Positions 11,706-21,200 of a stretch of DNA of 64,000 nucleotides are shown here, piece after piece. The number at the start of each line of letters is the position of its first letter. The stretch's first letter is position 1. Source of the stretch: Vicinamibacteria bacterium (GTDB lineage Bacteria; Acidobacteriota; Vicinamibacteria; Marinacidobacterales; Marinacidobacteraceae); NCBI GenBank assembly GCA_963668695.2, contig CAXXLQ010000004.1, positions 3,712,001 through 3,776,000 of the forward strand. The letters are read 5' to 3'. A program made the translations under genes and the position numbers. The notes beneath the pieces were generated by a model, which did no database searches, was not told where the DNA came from, and saw nothing but the letters and a program-made list of their open reading frames with translations.

Positions 11706-11877
11706 GGGTGCAGTTGCTGCCTTGTTGAACCATACAAGTCGCGGTGGTGGGGCCTCGCGCCGCAGTGCTATGTTTTCGGGACTTGTCCACACGGGGTGAG
11801 TTCGCGGAGAATCCCGCGCTGAATTGCCGCGCTGGAGTTGCCCGGCACCCCAACCGGCCCAAGGAGGTCCCAAACCC

Positions 11878-12243
11878 ATGATTCGAACGATTCTCGCGGG
11901 CGCACTGCTCGCCGCCGGCTTGGGGACCGTTTCTCTCTCCGAAGCGGCGTCCGGATCCATCGGGGTCGGCGCCGGCAAGCTGAGCCCACGGGCTGCCTAT
12001 GCCCAGGGCAAGGCGCTCGCCTTCAAGGAGCTGGTCTGCGACGGCTGCCCGCTCCAGAAGAACGAGCTGGACAAGGAGCGGGCGATGAGCCTCACCCGGA
12101 GCCTCGAAGCCGCCTACGACGGCGAAAAGGCCGGGACTCCCGACGACGACGCCGTCCAGGCGCTCTGCGGCGAGGGCGTCGAGGACTGCAAGCTCCGGAT
12201 GGAGACGGTGCACTACTTCCTCAGCCGCCGGTACCGGCTGTAG
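11878..12243 (+). CDS. Secreted hypothetical protein with CxxC motif
   Basis: AAGGAGG RBS, signal peptide, CDGCP and two further Cys. Confidence 0.75.
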   Translation: MIRTILAGALLAAGLGTVSLSEAASGSIGVGAGKLSPRAAYAQGKALAFKELVCDGCPLQKNELDKERAMSLTRSLEAAYDGEKAGTPDDDAVQALCGEGVEDCKLRMETVHYFLSRRYRL

Positions 12244-12255
12244 GGAGGCGCTGTG

Positions 12256-13134
12256 ATGAAAGGTCAGCTTCGCTTCCTTCCGCGGGCCGCCTTCGCGGCG
12301 GTAGTCCTGCCCCTCGCGGCCTCGTCCGCCTCCGCCCAGGGCTCTCCCTGGATCGCCGAACCGCGGACCGGCTCCATCACCATCTCGTATGGACACCAGG
12401 CCGCCACCGAGTTCTACCGGGCCGACGTGAAGGGCCCGACCCCCGGCGACGGAGCCAACCTCTCGCAGACCACCGGCTGGATTGACGTCAACTACGCGAT
12501 CACCGACGCGATTGCGGTGGATCTGCGGTCCGGCCTTGGCCGAAGCCACATCCCAGGGCCGGTCGGACCCACCCCGGAGGAGAGCTTCAGCGGTCTCGTG
12601 GACACGAACGTCTCAGTGACCTGGCGGGTGATGGACGAGCTGGTGATGGACGGCGCCCCGAGCGTCGCGATCCGCGCCGGCGTGATCGCCGCGGGCGGCT
12701 ATGACACCGGCTACATCAACTCGCTGGGAGACGGCGGGAACGGGTTCGAGACTTCGGTGCTGGTCGGCAAGTTCGGAGACCGTTTCGGGGTCTCCGGAGA
12801 GATCGGCTACCGGGCCCGCTCGAACAACGTCCCCTCCGACACTTTCGTCAACCTGGCCGGCTTCTTTCCGGTGAACGACCGGATCACGGTCGCGGCGGAC
12901 TACCGGATGGTCAACGGCAGCGATTCAGGACTCGATATCGGTGGTCCCGGTTTCTCTCCGGACCGCTTCCCCGAGCTTCAGGAGGATGCGCAGCTCCTCG
13001 GCGGCCGCGTGCTGGCCGCCATCAACGACTCCGTCAGCGTGAGCGGGTTCTACGGCCAGATCATCGGGGGGCGGAACACCGCGGCATCAGGGATCCTCGG
13101 AGTCGGCATCACCTACAGCTTCCTGACCAACTAG
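12256..13134 (+). CDS. Putative outer-membrane beta-barrel protein
   Basis: GGGAGG RBS, signal peptide, amphipathic strands, C-terminal GVGITYSF. Confidence 0.75.
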   Translation: MKGQLRFLPRAAFAAVVLPLAASSASAQGSPWIAEPRTGSITISYGHQAATEFYRADVKGPTPGDGANLSQTTGWIDVNYAITDAIAVDLRSGLGRSHIPGPVGPTPEESFSGLVDTNVSVTWRVMDELVMDGAPSVAIRAGVIAAGGYDTGYINSLGDGGNGFETSVLVGKFGDRFGVSGEIGYRARSNNVPSDTFVNLAGFFPVNDRITVAADYRMVNGSDSGLDIGGPGFSPDRFPELQEDAQLLGGRVLAAINDSVSVSGFYGQIIGGRNTAASGILGVGITYSFLTN

Positions 13135-13135
13135 C

Positions 13136-14105
13136 TTCCCGAGGGGCAAGCACCCCGCATCGCGCCACCCGGCACAAAAGGACACCCGCTCCCTGCATTC
13201 TTCGGATGCGGGGCGCTACCCCTCGGGGAGGTGTGGCGAATCGCTTCGCGATTCTCCACACCCTTTTCCGTGGGGAGGGGAAACCCCTCCCCACACCCCC
13301 TCCCCCGGCGCTTCGCGCCGCCAGACCCCTGCGTTGTCCGCGCCGAAAGGGAATCTCCCCGAGGGCAAGCTCCGGCATCGCGCCCACCCGGTAAGAAAGC
13401 ACACCTGCTCCCTGCATTCCTCGGATGCGGGGCGCTACCCCCTCGGGGAGGGGTGTGGCGAATCGTCCGCGCCGAATCTCCCCGAGGGGCAAGCACCCCG
13501 CGTCGCGCCCACCCGGTAAGAAAGCACACCCGCTCCCTGCATTCCTCGGATGCGGGGCGCTAACCCCTCGGGGCGGTGTGGCGAATCGCTTCGCGATTCT
13601 CCACACCCTTTTCTGTGGGGAGGGGAAACCCCTCCCCACACCCCCTCCCCCGGCGCTTCGCGCCGCCAGACCCCTGCGTTGTCCGCGCCGAAAGGGAATC
13701 TCCCCGAGGGGCAAGCACCCCGCGTCGCGCCCACCCGGTAAGAAAGCACACCTGCTCCCTGCATTCCTCGGATGCGGGGCGCTAACCCCTCGGGGCGGTG
13801 TGGCGAATCGCTTCGCGATTCTCCACACCCTTTTCTGTGGGGAGGGGAAACCCCTCCCCACACCCCCTCCCCCGGCGCTTCGCGCCGCCAGACCCCTGCG
13901 TTGTCCGCGCCGAAAGGGAATCTCCCCGAGGGGCAAGCACCCCGCGTCGCGCCCACCCGGTAAGAAAGCACACCTGCTCCCTGCATTCCTCGGATGCGGG
14001 GCGCTACCCCCTCGGGGCGGTGTGGCGAATCGCTTCGCGATTCTCCACACCCTTTTCCGTGGGAGGGAAACCCCTTCGCACACCGCCTTCCCCGGCGCTC
14101 CGCGC
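13136..14105. repeat. Tandem array of a 222-bp hairpin-rich unit (3 full and 2 partial units)
   Basis: Unit starts at ~13138, 13358 (truncated), 13481, 13703, 13925; near-identical copies between convergent genes. Confidence 0.92.
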
Positions 14106-14214
14106 CGCAGGTTGGCGCCGGCCGACCTTCGCCATCACCTGCTAGTGAGGCCCGTGTCGGGTCGAGCTCTGGACGAGACATCCGTTCCCGTTCGGAGCGG
14201 AGCCGACGGCAGCC

Positions 14215-15084
14215 TCAGGGGGCGTCGTTGAGGTCCCAGTCGTATTCGTAGTCGAAGCCGCCCTCGAAACTCTGTAGCTGTTCCGCCAGTTCGGGCTCCG
14301 CGTGGCGGAGCAGATGCTCGACGACGCCGGCTTCGCTCCCGGCGAAGTCTTCCTGGAACCAGGTATAGATGCTTGAGACGACTCCGAACGACTCGTCCAT
14401 GAGTTCGACCCCTCGCGGGTGGTTGACGTAGCCCCGGGCGGCCGCATCCAGCATTTCCTCGAGGCTCGCCGCGGTGAAGACCTGGGGCGCCAGGTTCGGA
14501 CAGCCGAGGCTCGCGCAGTTCACCGCGTAGTGGATGCGCGGATCCCGCCAGAGCGCGCGCAGGATGTCGTGCTCCATATTGTCGAGGCTCAGCCGCTGCC
14601 CGGCGACGGTGGCGCGCTTGTCGCCCCACGGACCCGAAAGGGGCACGATCCCGTCGTGGATCTTCTTGATGGAGTCCACCGGATACCCCTCAACCACCGT
14701 CTCGACCGTGAGCGCGTTGTAGAAGTTGATCCAGTAGGCCATCTGCTCGTCGCGGGAGTAGAGACGCGCATCCACCGCCTCCAGGTGCGCGAGGTAGCCC
14801 TGGAGACGTCCGCGGTCAGCCGCGTTCCCCTTGAGTCCGCCGTAGTCGAACAGGTGGATGCCCGAAGGATCGCCGGTGCGGAGGTAACCGTCCAAAACGG
14901 CCTGCCACTCGCCGTGATCGATCGAATCGGTGTTCGTGTCGTCGTGTTCCGCCCAGGACACGGTGGGTTCGGGCCCCTTCGCGGCGCAGCCGCTTCCGAC
15001 GAGCCAGCCCAGGGTTAGAAGGACCGTCAGGCCCAGGAATACGGGGCCTCGACGCGTGTTTCGGGTCATTTTTTCACTCTTCAT
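14215..15084 (-). CDS. DUF547 domain lipoprotein
   Basis: Lipobox GSGC; AYWINFYNALTV, LDNMEHDILR, DPRIHYAVNCASLGCP, YDWDLND. Confidence 0.92.
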   Translation of the reverse strand: MKSEKMTRNTRRGPVFLGLTVLLTLGWLVGSGCAAKGPEPTVSWAEHDDTNTDSIDHGEWQAVLDGYLRTGDPSGIHLFDYGGLKGNAADRGRLQGYLAHLEAVDARLYSRDEQMAYWINFYNALTVETVVEGYPVDSIKKIHDGIVPLSGPWGDKRATVAGQRLSLDNMEHDILRALWRDPRIHYAVNCASLGCPNLAPQVFTAASLEEMLDAAARGYVNHPRGVELMDESFGVVSSIYTWFQEDFAGSEAGVVEHLLRHAEPELAEQLQSFEGGFDYEYDWDLNDAP

Positions 15085-15842
15085 AAGCGATCTGCCTCCT
15101 TCCTCCGGCCCGGCCGGAGGGCACTGAGTTTCTGTCTACCGAATAGCCTAGCGATCATCGTCAGGATGCCGGCGCTCGCCCCGATAACTCCACGGATCGT
15201 GCCGCCGACCTTGGATTTTCCGTGGCGCCGGCGCCGAGTGTCCACCGGAACCTCGACCACCTGCAGCCCGCACTGGATCGCTCTGACCTGCATCTCGACA
15301 GTCCATCCGTACGCCTGGTCCTTCATCTCGATCCGCCGGAGTGCTTCGGACCGCACGGCGCGGTACGGACCGAGGTCGGTGATCCGCCGCCGCCACAACA
15401 GATAGATCAACAGCGCGGCAACCCGATTCCCCATCACCTGCGGCGCCGACAGCGCCCCGGGCTCGATGCGCCCGAGCACCCGGGACCCCACCGCCAGGTC
15501 GGCGCCTTCCGCGATCGCGGTGAGGAGGCGGAGGCACTGGCCCGCCACGAAGGATCGGTCTCCATCGGTGAAAAGCACCACGTCCACCGGAGCGAGCGCC
15601 GACAGGGCAGCGAGGCACGCGATCCCATAGCCCGGCTGCTCCTCGCGGACTACGCGGGCGCCCGCCTCCCGTGCCCGCTGCGCCGTCCCGTCGCGCGATC
15701 CGTTGTCGCAAACGACGAAGTCGTCGATCACCCTCCGGCCCGCCTCGTCGGTGAGTGCGAGCAGATCCCCCACGACCGGACCGATGTTTCGCTCCTCGTC
15801 CCGCGCGGGGACGATGACGCCGACCTTCAGCCCGCGGAACAC
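15081..15842 (-). CDS. Glycosyltransferase family 2
   Basis: GTG start after GGAGG; IVPARDEE, VCDNGSRDGT, GYGIAC, FTDGD, TDLGPYRA, YGWTVEMQ. Confidence 0.9.
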   Translation of the reverse strand: MFRGLKVGVIVPARDEERNIGPVVGDLLALTDEAGRRVIDDFVVCDNGSRDGTAQRAREAGARVVREEQPGYGIACLAALSALAPVDVVLFTDGDRSFVAGQCLRLLTAIAEGADLAVGSRVLGRIEPGALSAPQVMGNRVAALLIYLLWRRRITDLGPYRAVRSEALRRIEMKDQAYGWTVEMQVRAIQCGLQVVEVPVDTRRRRHGKSKVGGTIRGVIGASAGILTMIARLFGRQKLSALRPGRRKEADRL

Positions 15843-17200
15843 GCCGTCCCCTCCCTCGGGGTACCGGACTGCTCGCGGCGGGAGAGCATCCCGATCGCGA
15901 CCGCGAGCGCAATCGCCCCGTACTCCACCGGCCGCACCCACCACGGATGTCCGAAGGGGTGCAGATTCATATCCTGCAGATTGAGTCCGGTGGCGTACGA
16001 AAGCAACACTGCCAGCGACGCCGTCCACGCCCAGGGGCTCGGTCGGATCGCCGCGAAGGGCAACACCCAGAGGAGATACCAGGGATTCACCACCGGCGCC
16101 AGGAGGAGGAGCAGGCCGTAGAGCTGGTCTCCCGGCGGGACGCTCCCATCGGATTTCCGCTCCCGAAAGTAGAGCCACCCCGCGCCCGAGAGGAACGCCA
16201 GGCCGCAAACCACCCGGGCGGCCGTATTGGAAAGCAGCGGCGTCAGCAAAGCGAAGATCGCCGAGTTGAACTCCCATTCGCGGGCGAAAACGAAAAGCGT
16301 CGGTAGATCGCTGCCGCCCTGCCAGGCGAACGGCAGGTAGAGGAATCCCAGCACGCCGCCAAACGTCAACCAGTGCGCCGGACGGGACGGTCGGAGCACG
16401 AACGGAACCAGCACGAGGGCGAGCACCTTGGCGCCGGTGGCGAGCGCGAGGCAGGCCGCCGCGGCGTGGAATCGCTCCCGCTTCGTGAGAAGTACGGCGG
16501 CAAGCAGCAAGAAGACGGCAAAGCCGTCCGGGTGGGCGGTGAATGCCACCTCCTTCACTACCAGCGGGCACCACGCGTAGAGCAGGACCGCGCGGGGCGG
16601 CGCGAGGCGCAGCAGCAGACCGATGGTGAGCAGGTCGAAAACGATGAAGATCGCCTGCAGCGCCGCGACACTGCCCGGCGCAACGCCATAGCCGAGCAGG
16701 AAGGCGAACTGCGTAACCGGTCCGTAAATGGTCGGCAGTTCCGGGAAATTGATCTGGTCGAGGATCCCCCGAAAGAGCGTCGGAACGGCGGGATCGGCGA
16801 AAAACGCTTCGGGAGCGATTCCGTAGGGGGTGCCGTCCTGCGCGAAGCGGTAGCCGTCCCAGAGGTAGCGGAAAAAGTCGTCTTCGAACAACGGTCCGCC
16901 GAACAGGCCGATCGCGCGGAAGACCACCGCCCAGAAAACGAGACGCCCTACCGGAATGCGCCCCGGCTGCTTCCCCGACCAGACGTAGAGCCCGAACGTC
17001 AGCGCCGCGATCGCGGCCGAGATCAGCAGGAACGCTCCCACGCCGGGACCGCCGGGGCTCCGGGCGAGCATCGCAAGTCCGCCGTAGAGGGCGGCGCAGC
17101 CGAATCCGGCCGCGTCCACCCAGCCCGCGTCCACCCAGCCGGGCCGGAGCCCGGCTCCCGAGGATTCCGGCAGCGCGCGCCCTGCCCCGTGCCCGGGCAT
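15827..17200 (-). CDS. Polytopic membrane glycosyltransferase (GT-C, GT87-like)
   Basis: EDDFFRYLWDG, TIYGPVTQ, YAWCPLVVKE, AHPD, WEFNS, VNPWYLLW; many TM helices. Confidence 0.82.
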   Translation of the reverse strand: MPGHGAGRALPESSGAGLRPGWVDAGWVDAAGFGCAALYGGLAMLARSPGGPGVGAFLLISAAIAALTFGLYVWSGKQPGRIPVGRLVFWAVVFRAIGLFGGPLFEDDFFRYLWDGYRFAQDGTPYGIAPEAFFADPAVPTLFRGILDQINFPELPTIYGPVTQFAFLLGYGVAPGSVAALQAIFIVFDLLTIGLLLRLAPPRAVLLYAWCPLVVKEVAFTAHPDGFAVFLLLAAVLLTKRERFHAAAACLALATGAKVLALVLVPFVLRPSRPAHWLTFGGVLGFLYLPFAWQGGSDLPTLFVFAREWEFNSAIFALLTPLLSNTAARVVCGLAFLSGAGWLYFRERKSDGSVPPGDQLYGLLLLLAPVVNPWYLLWVLPFAAIRPSPWAWTASLAVLLSYATGLNLQDMNLHPFGHPWWVRPVEYGAIALAVAIGMLSRREQSGTPREGTACSAG

Positions 17201-17601
17201 CACCGCGAGGGTTCCCCCTCCGGGAAGAAGAACGCGTCCGTTTCCGACGGCTCGAAGAGAAAGCGGTCGAGAAGCACGCGGCCGGAACGGTCGAACCTCA
17301 CCCCTTCGCGTGCGAGGAGCGCCCGCTGCCGGCCGGGTTCGCAGTTGCCGCTCAGCTCGGCGGAGAGCAGCCCCTGGGCATTCACGACCCGGTGCCACGG
17401 GACGCCCTGCGGGCAGTTCCGGAGCGCCCAGCCGGCCGCCCGCGCCGACAGCGGATACCCGGCCGCGGTGACCACCCGCGCCACCCGGCCATAGGTGGTC
17501 ACCCGGCCGGCGGGGACCCTCCGGACGACCGCGTGGACCCGCCGGAACTTGCCCTCACTGCCAGAAGGGAGGAAAAGGTCCGGTGGGAGAAGCGGCATCA
17601 C
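17200..17601 (-). CDS. Alkyltransferase-like (Atl/YbaZ, MGMT family) protein
   Basis: VPAGRVTTYG..ARAAGWAL..VPWHRVVN (Trp replaces the catalytic Cys). Confidence 0.88.
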   Translation of the reverse strand: MMPLLPPDLFLPSGSEGKFRRVHAVVRRVPAGRVTTYGRVARVVTAAGYPLSARAAGWALRNCPQGVPWHRVVNAQGLLSAELSGNCEPGRQRALLAREGVRFDRSGRVLLDRFLFEPSETDAFFFPEGEPSR

Positions 17602-17649
17602 GAGGATTAGCCCGGCTGCCTCCGTGGAGAGCCGCCTGGATGAAATGAA

Positions 17650-17919
17650 CAGCCTGTGGACAAAGTCAGACGGCCCAGTTCTCCCGGTGGGGGCTCGAGC
17701 GGCGATGCATCCCGGCTGAACCGCCCCCCCACCGGGAGAACTGGCGCTTCGCGTCGCTCATCGTTGCGCTTCGGGCGCTTCGGGCGCTTCGGGCGCTTCG
17801 GGCGCTTCGGTAGAAATACACCCGGTATTCCTCCCTCGCGCGCCTTGTCAGCCGGGCGCCTCACCGGCCAGTTCTCCCGGTGGGGGCCTCGGCGCTCCCG
17901 TCACTTTATCCACAGGTTG
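17650..17919. mobile_element. MITE copy 2 (divergent), with 3 micro-inserts and a 5x9-bp microsatellite
   Basis: IR CAGCCTGTGGACAAAGT / ACTTTATCCACAGGTTG; shared core AAATACACCCGGTATTCCTCCCTC..CCTTGTCAGCCGGGCGCCTC; (GCGCTTCGG)5 at 17766-17810. Confidence 0.8.
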
Positions 17920-18024
17920 TTCAGTGTGGTACAAGCGGTAGCCGTCCCTTCCGCCGGCCAAGAGCAGCTATCCGATCGTATCCTGCGGAGGGCGCAGCAC
18001 CTCACGCCGCACGGAGACCCGACC

Positions 18025-19965
18025 ATGACCCCGCCCCAGAAGACGTACCGCCCCTTTGGAGACGGCGTCAGCCGCCGCGATTTCCTTTCCGGGATTCCCG
18101 TGGCCCTGACCGGGACCGCCCTCGCCTGCCAAGAGGTTCCGGCGTTCCAGTCCGAAATCGAGCGCGAGGGCGCGGCGGCCTATCCGCCGCTTCGCACCGG
18201 GATGCGTGGATCCCACGCGGGCTCCTTCGAAGTCGGGCACCAGATGGCCCACGAGGGCCGGAGTTGGGAAGCCCCGGACACCGGCGAGGCGTACGACCTC
18301 GTGGTGGTGGGCGCCGGGATTTCAGGACTTTCCGCCGCCCATTACTTCTCGAAGGAGGCCGGCCCGGACGCCCGCATCCTGCTTCTCGACAACCACGACG
18401 ATTTCGGCGGGCATGCCAAACGCAACGAGTTCCACCTCGACGGGCGGACCTACCTGATGAACGGCGGAACCCTCAACGTGGAAGCGCCCTCGCAGTACGG
18501 GGATATCGCCGGCGGGCTGCTCAAGGAGATCGGGATCGACCGGAAGCGTTATTACGAGAGCATCAGCGCCGTCTCGGACACCTACGGGAATCTGGGTCTC
18601 CAGCGGGCCATGTTCTTCGACCGCGAGACTTTCGGGACGGACCAGTTGGTCGCGGGCATCGGGAGGCGTCCGCTCTCCGAGTTCCTCGCCGACTCGCCGA
18701 TGCCGGAGGCCGTCCGGAACGACCTGATCCGGCTTCACGCCGACGGGCAACCGGACTACCTGCCGGACCTCTCGCCCGCCGAGAAGAAGGCGTTCCTGGC
18801 CACCATCAGCTACAAGGACTTCCTGCTCGAATACGCGAAGTGCGACCCCGGAGTGGTCTGGTTCTTCGACCACCGGCCCAAGGGCCTCTTCTGCACCGGC
18901 ATCGATGCCTACCCGGCGCGCTACGCCTGGGAGGAGGGTTTGCCGGGGTTCTCGGGAATGGAAATTCCCGAGACGCCACCGGATGCTCTCGCCGACGAGC
19001 CGGGCGGCCAGCACGGACGCGAAAACCAGGCACGGGCCGATTCGGGCGATCCCGACCTCTACTTCCCGGACGGGAACGCGACGATCACCCGGCTCCTCGT
19101 GCGGGGGCTCATTCCGAACGCCGTCCCGGGGTCGACCATGGAAGACGTGGTGATGGCGCCACTGGACTACGGGATGCTGGACCAACCGGGTAACCGCGCC
19201 CGGATCCGGCTCTCCTCGACGGTCATTCGCGTCGAACCCGGCGAAGCCGGCCCGGCCCGGATCACCTACGTGCACGGCGACCAGGGGCACACGGTGACCG
19301 CCGGGCGGGTGATCCTCGCCTGCTGGCACAACATCATTCCCTACCTCGTTCCCGAGATGCCGAAGGCCCAGCGGGATGCGCTCTCCTGGCCGGTCAAGTC
19401 GCCGCTTCAGTACACGAGCGTGCTGCTCCACAACTGGCGGGCGTTCACCGAGGCGGGCGTCTCCTCGATTTCCGCGCCCGGGGGGTACCACACCTCGGTC
19501 GGACTCGCCCCCCAACTCGCGCTGGGCGACTACCGCACCTCGACCTCACCCGACGAGCCGCTGGTGGTGCGGATGAACCGCTACCCCTGCGAGCCCGGGC
19601 TCTCCCGCCGGGAGCAGCACCAGATCGGCAGGATGGAGCTGCTCCACACCACTTTCGAGACGGTGGAGGCGAACATCCGCGACCAGCTCAACCGGATGCT
19701 TGGCCGGAGCGGCTTCGACGATCAACGCGACGTCGCGGCGATCACCGTCAATCGCTGGCCGCACGGGTACACCTACTCCTACAACCCGCTCTTCGATCCC
19801 CCGGAGTGGGCGTTCGAGAACGGCGACGGCCGCCCCAACGTTTCCGCCCGGCAACCCTTCGGACGGATCGCAATCGCGGGCACCGACTCCGCCGCCAGCC
19901 CGCACACCGACGCCGCGATTCGCGAAGCCCATCGCGCGGTGGCGGAGATCCTCGCCGCGGACTGA
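18025..19965 (+). CDS. Tat-exported FAD-dependent oxidoreductase, spermidine dehydrogenase (SpdH)-like
   Basis: SRRDFL Tat motif; YPPLRTGMRGSH, VVGAGISGL, DNHDDFGGHAKRNEF, FPDGNA, ITVNRWPHGY. Confidence 0.85.
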   Translation: MTPPQKTYRPFGDGVSRRDFLSGIPVALTGTALACQEVPAFQSEIEREGAAAYPPLRTGMRGSHAGSFEVGHQMAHEGRSWEAPDTGEAYDLVVVGAGISGLSAAHYFSKEAGPDARILLLDNHDDFGGHAKRNEFHLDGRTYLMNGGTLNVEAPSQYGDIAGGLLKEIGIDRKRYYESISAVSDTYGNLGLQRAMFFDRETFGTDQLVAGIGRRPLSEFLADSPMPEAVRNDLIRLHADGQPDYLPDLSPAEKKAFLATISYKDFLLEYAKCDPGVVWFFDHRPKGLFCTGIDAYPARYAWEEGLPGFSGMEIPETPPDALADEPGGQHGRENQARADSGDPDLYFPDGNATITRLLVRGLIPNAVPGSTMEDVVMAPLDYGMLDQPGNRARIRLSSTVIRVEPGEAGPARITYVHGDQGHTVTAGRVILACWHNIIPYLVPEMPKAQRDALSWPVKSPLQYTSVLLHNWRAFTEAGVSSISAPGGYHTSVGLAPQLALGDYRTSTSPDEPLVVRMNRYPCEPGLSRREQHQIGRMELLHTTFETVEANIRDQLNRMLGRSGFDDQRDVAAITVNRWPHGYTYSYNPLFDPPEWAFENGDGRPNVSARQPFGRIAIAGTDSAASPHTDAAIREAHRAVAEILAAD

Positions 19966-20123
19966 GGACCGGCCAATCCAAGGGACCGGCTAGACCCGCT
20001 TCGAGAAACACGAGAAACGACAGACAGTCCCTTGGCATCGCGAGCTACCCAAGAGCGCTCCGGACAGCGATGATGCAGCAGCGGTACGAGAGCTATGCCC
20101 GTCGCGTTCTCTAACAGCTGGCA

Positions 20124-20498
20124 ATGACCCGAAGGAGCAGAGTGTCTCTAGATTTCTATGATCGGTCTGGCGCGGCAGTGGCCTATACGAATGATGGAGA
20201 GAACATCTACCTGTATTCAGGTGAACCCGTCGCCTATCTCTCGGATGGTTCCGTCTATTCCTTCGCGGGCCAACATCTCGGATGGTTTGAGGGCGGCTGG
20301 CTAAGGGATGCGGCTGGACACTGCGTTCTCTTCACAGCGGACGCTCGCGGTGGCCCTCTGAAACCCCTCCGTCAGTTGCGTCCACTAAAGGGATTGAGAC
20401 AACTCCGACCCACGAAGGGCGTACGGCAGATTAAACCTCTCAAGCCTTTGAAATCCCTGTCCTGGTCAGACTTGTCGGCTGAGGAGTTCTTTCGGTGA
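20124..20498 (+). CDS. Small '4-fold beta flower'-like protein with basic KPL repeats
   Basis: FYDRSGAAVAY, IYLYSGEPVAYL, VYSFAGQHLGWF repeats followed by (L)KPL(R/K)Q repeats; lower GC. Confidence 0.65.
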   Translation: MTRRSRVSLDFYDRSGAAVAYTNDGENIYLYSGEPVAYLSDGSVYSFAGQHLGWFEGGWLRDAAGHCVLFTADARGGPLKPLRQLRPLKGLRQLRPTKGVRQIKPLKPLKSLSWSDLSAEEFFR

Positions 20499-20510
20499 CG
20501 GCCGGTTGAC

Positions 20511-21200
20511 TTGGACTTGATTCCGCTCGCTCGGGTCCGCTTCGCGATTCTCGACGTCCTAGTCGAAACTGGCGTCGCCCCCTCTCCTAGCGAGGTGGCC
20601 GAAAGACTGGGGACCGCATTGGAGACGGTTCACGACGCGTGGAGCCAGTTGCGGGAGTCGCGGGCGATCGTCACCGGTGAGGACGGGGTCTCCATCCTGA
20701 TGGCAAACCCGTTCTCGGGGATTCCCACGGAGCACACCTTCGAAGCGGCGGGAATCCGCTACTACGCGAACTGCGCCTGGGACGCCCTCGGGATCCCCGC
20801 CGCGCTCGGGCGAGGCGGGACCGTCCGGTCGCGCTGTGCGAACTCCGGGGAACCCCTGCGGCTCGAACTCACCGGCGCCGGGCCGGAACCCTGCGACTGG
20901 CTCTTCCATTCGCTGGTGCCGGCGGCCCGCTGGTGGGACGACATCGTCTTCACCTGAGCGAACATGCTGTTCTTCCGGTCGGAAGACGACCTTCGCGCCT
21001 GGTGCGGCGAGCGCGGGCGCGAACCGGGGCCCGCGGTTCCGGTGTCCCGGCTCTGGAACCTCTCACGGATCTGGTACGGAAGCCGGCTTGATCCGAACGC
21101 CCCCCGGCCCACGCCCGAGGAGGCTCGCGCTATCTTCGCCCGAGTAGGCCTGACCGACCCTTTCTGGGATCCGGTTCCGCGCGAGGAGCAGACGCCATGA
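20511..21200 (+). CDS. MerB-like organomercurial/organometal lyase family protein with in-frame UGA (probable selenocysteine, codon 149)
   Basis: wHTH-like N-terminus, ANPFSG, YANCAWDAL, then WWDDIVFT-UGA-ANMLFFRSE continuing in frame to 21200. Confidence 0.8.
20969..20987 (+). promoter_or_regulatory. Candidate bacterial SECIS hairpin
   Basis: TCTTCC-GGTC-GGAAGA (20971-20986); G-initiated loop begins 19 nt after the UGA at 20955-20957. Confidence 0.6.

Noticed and set aside
13109-14251. ORFs across the 222-bp array; CRISPR interpretation
   Set aside because: Low-complexity translations of a palindromic repeat in several frames; no repeat-spacer structure.
17656-18024. N-terminal extension of the 769-aa oxidoreductase ORF
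   Set aside because: It runs through MITE copy 2; the Tat motif and RBS support ATG 18025.
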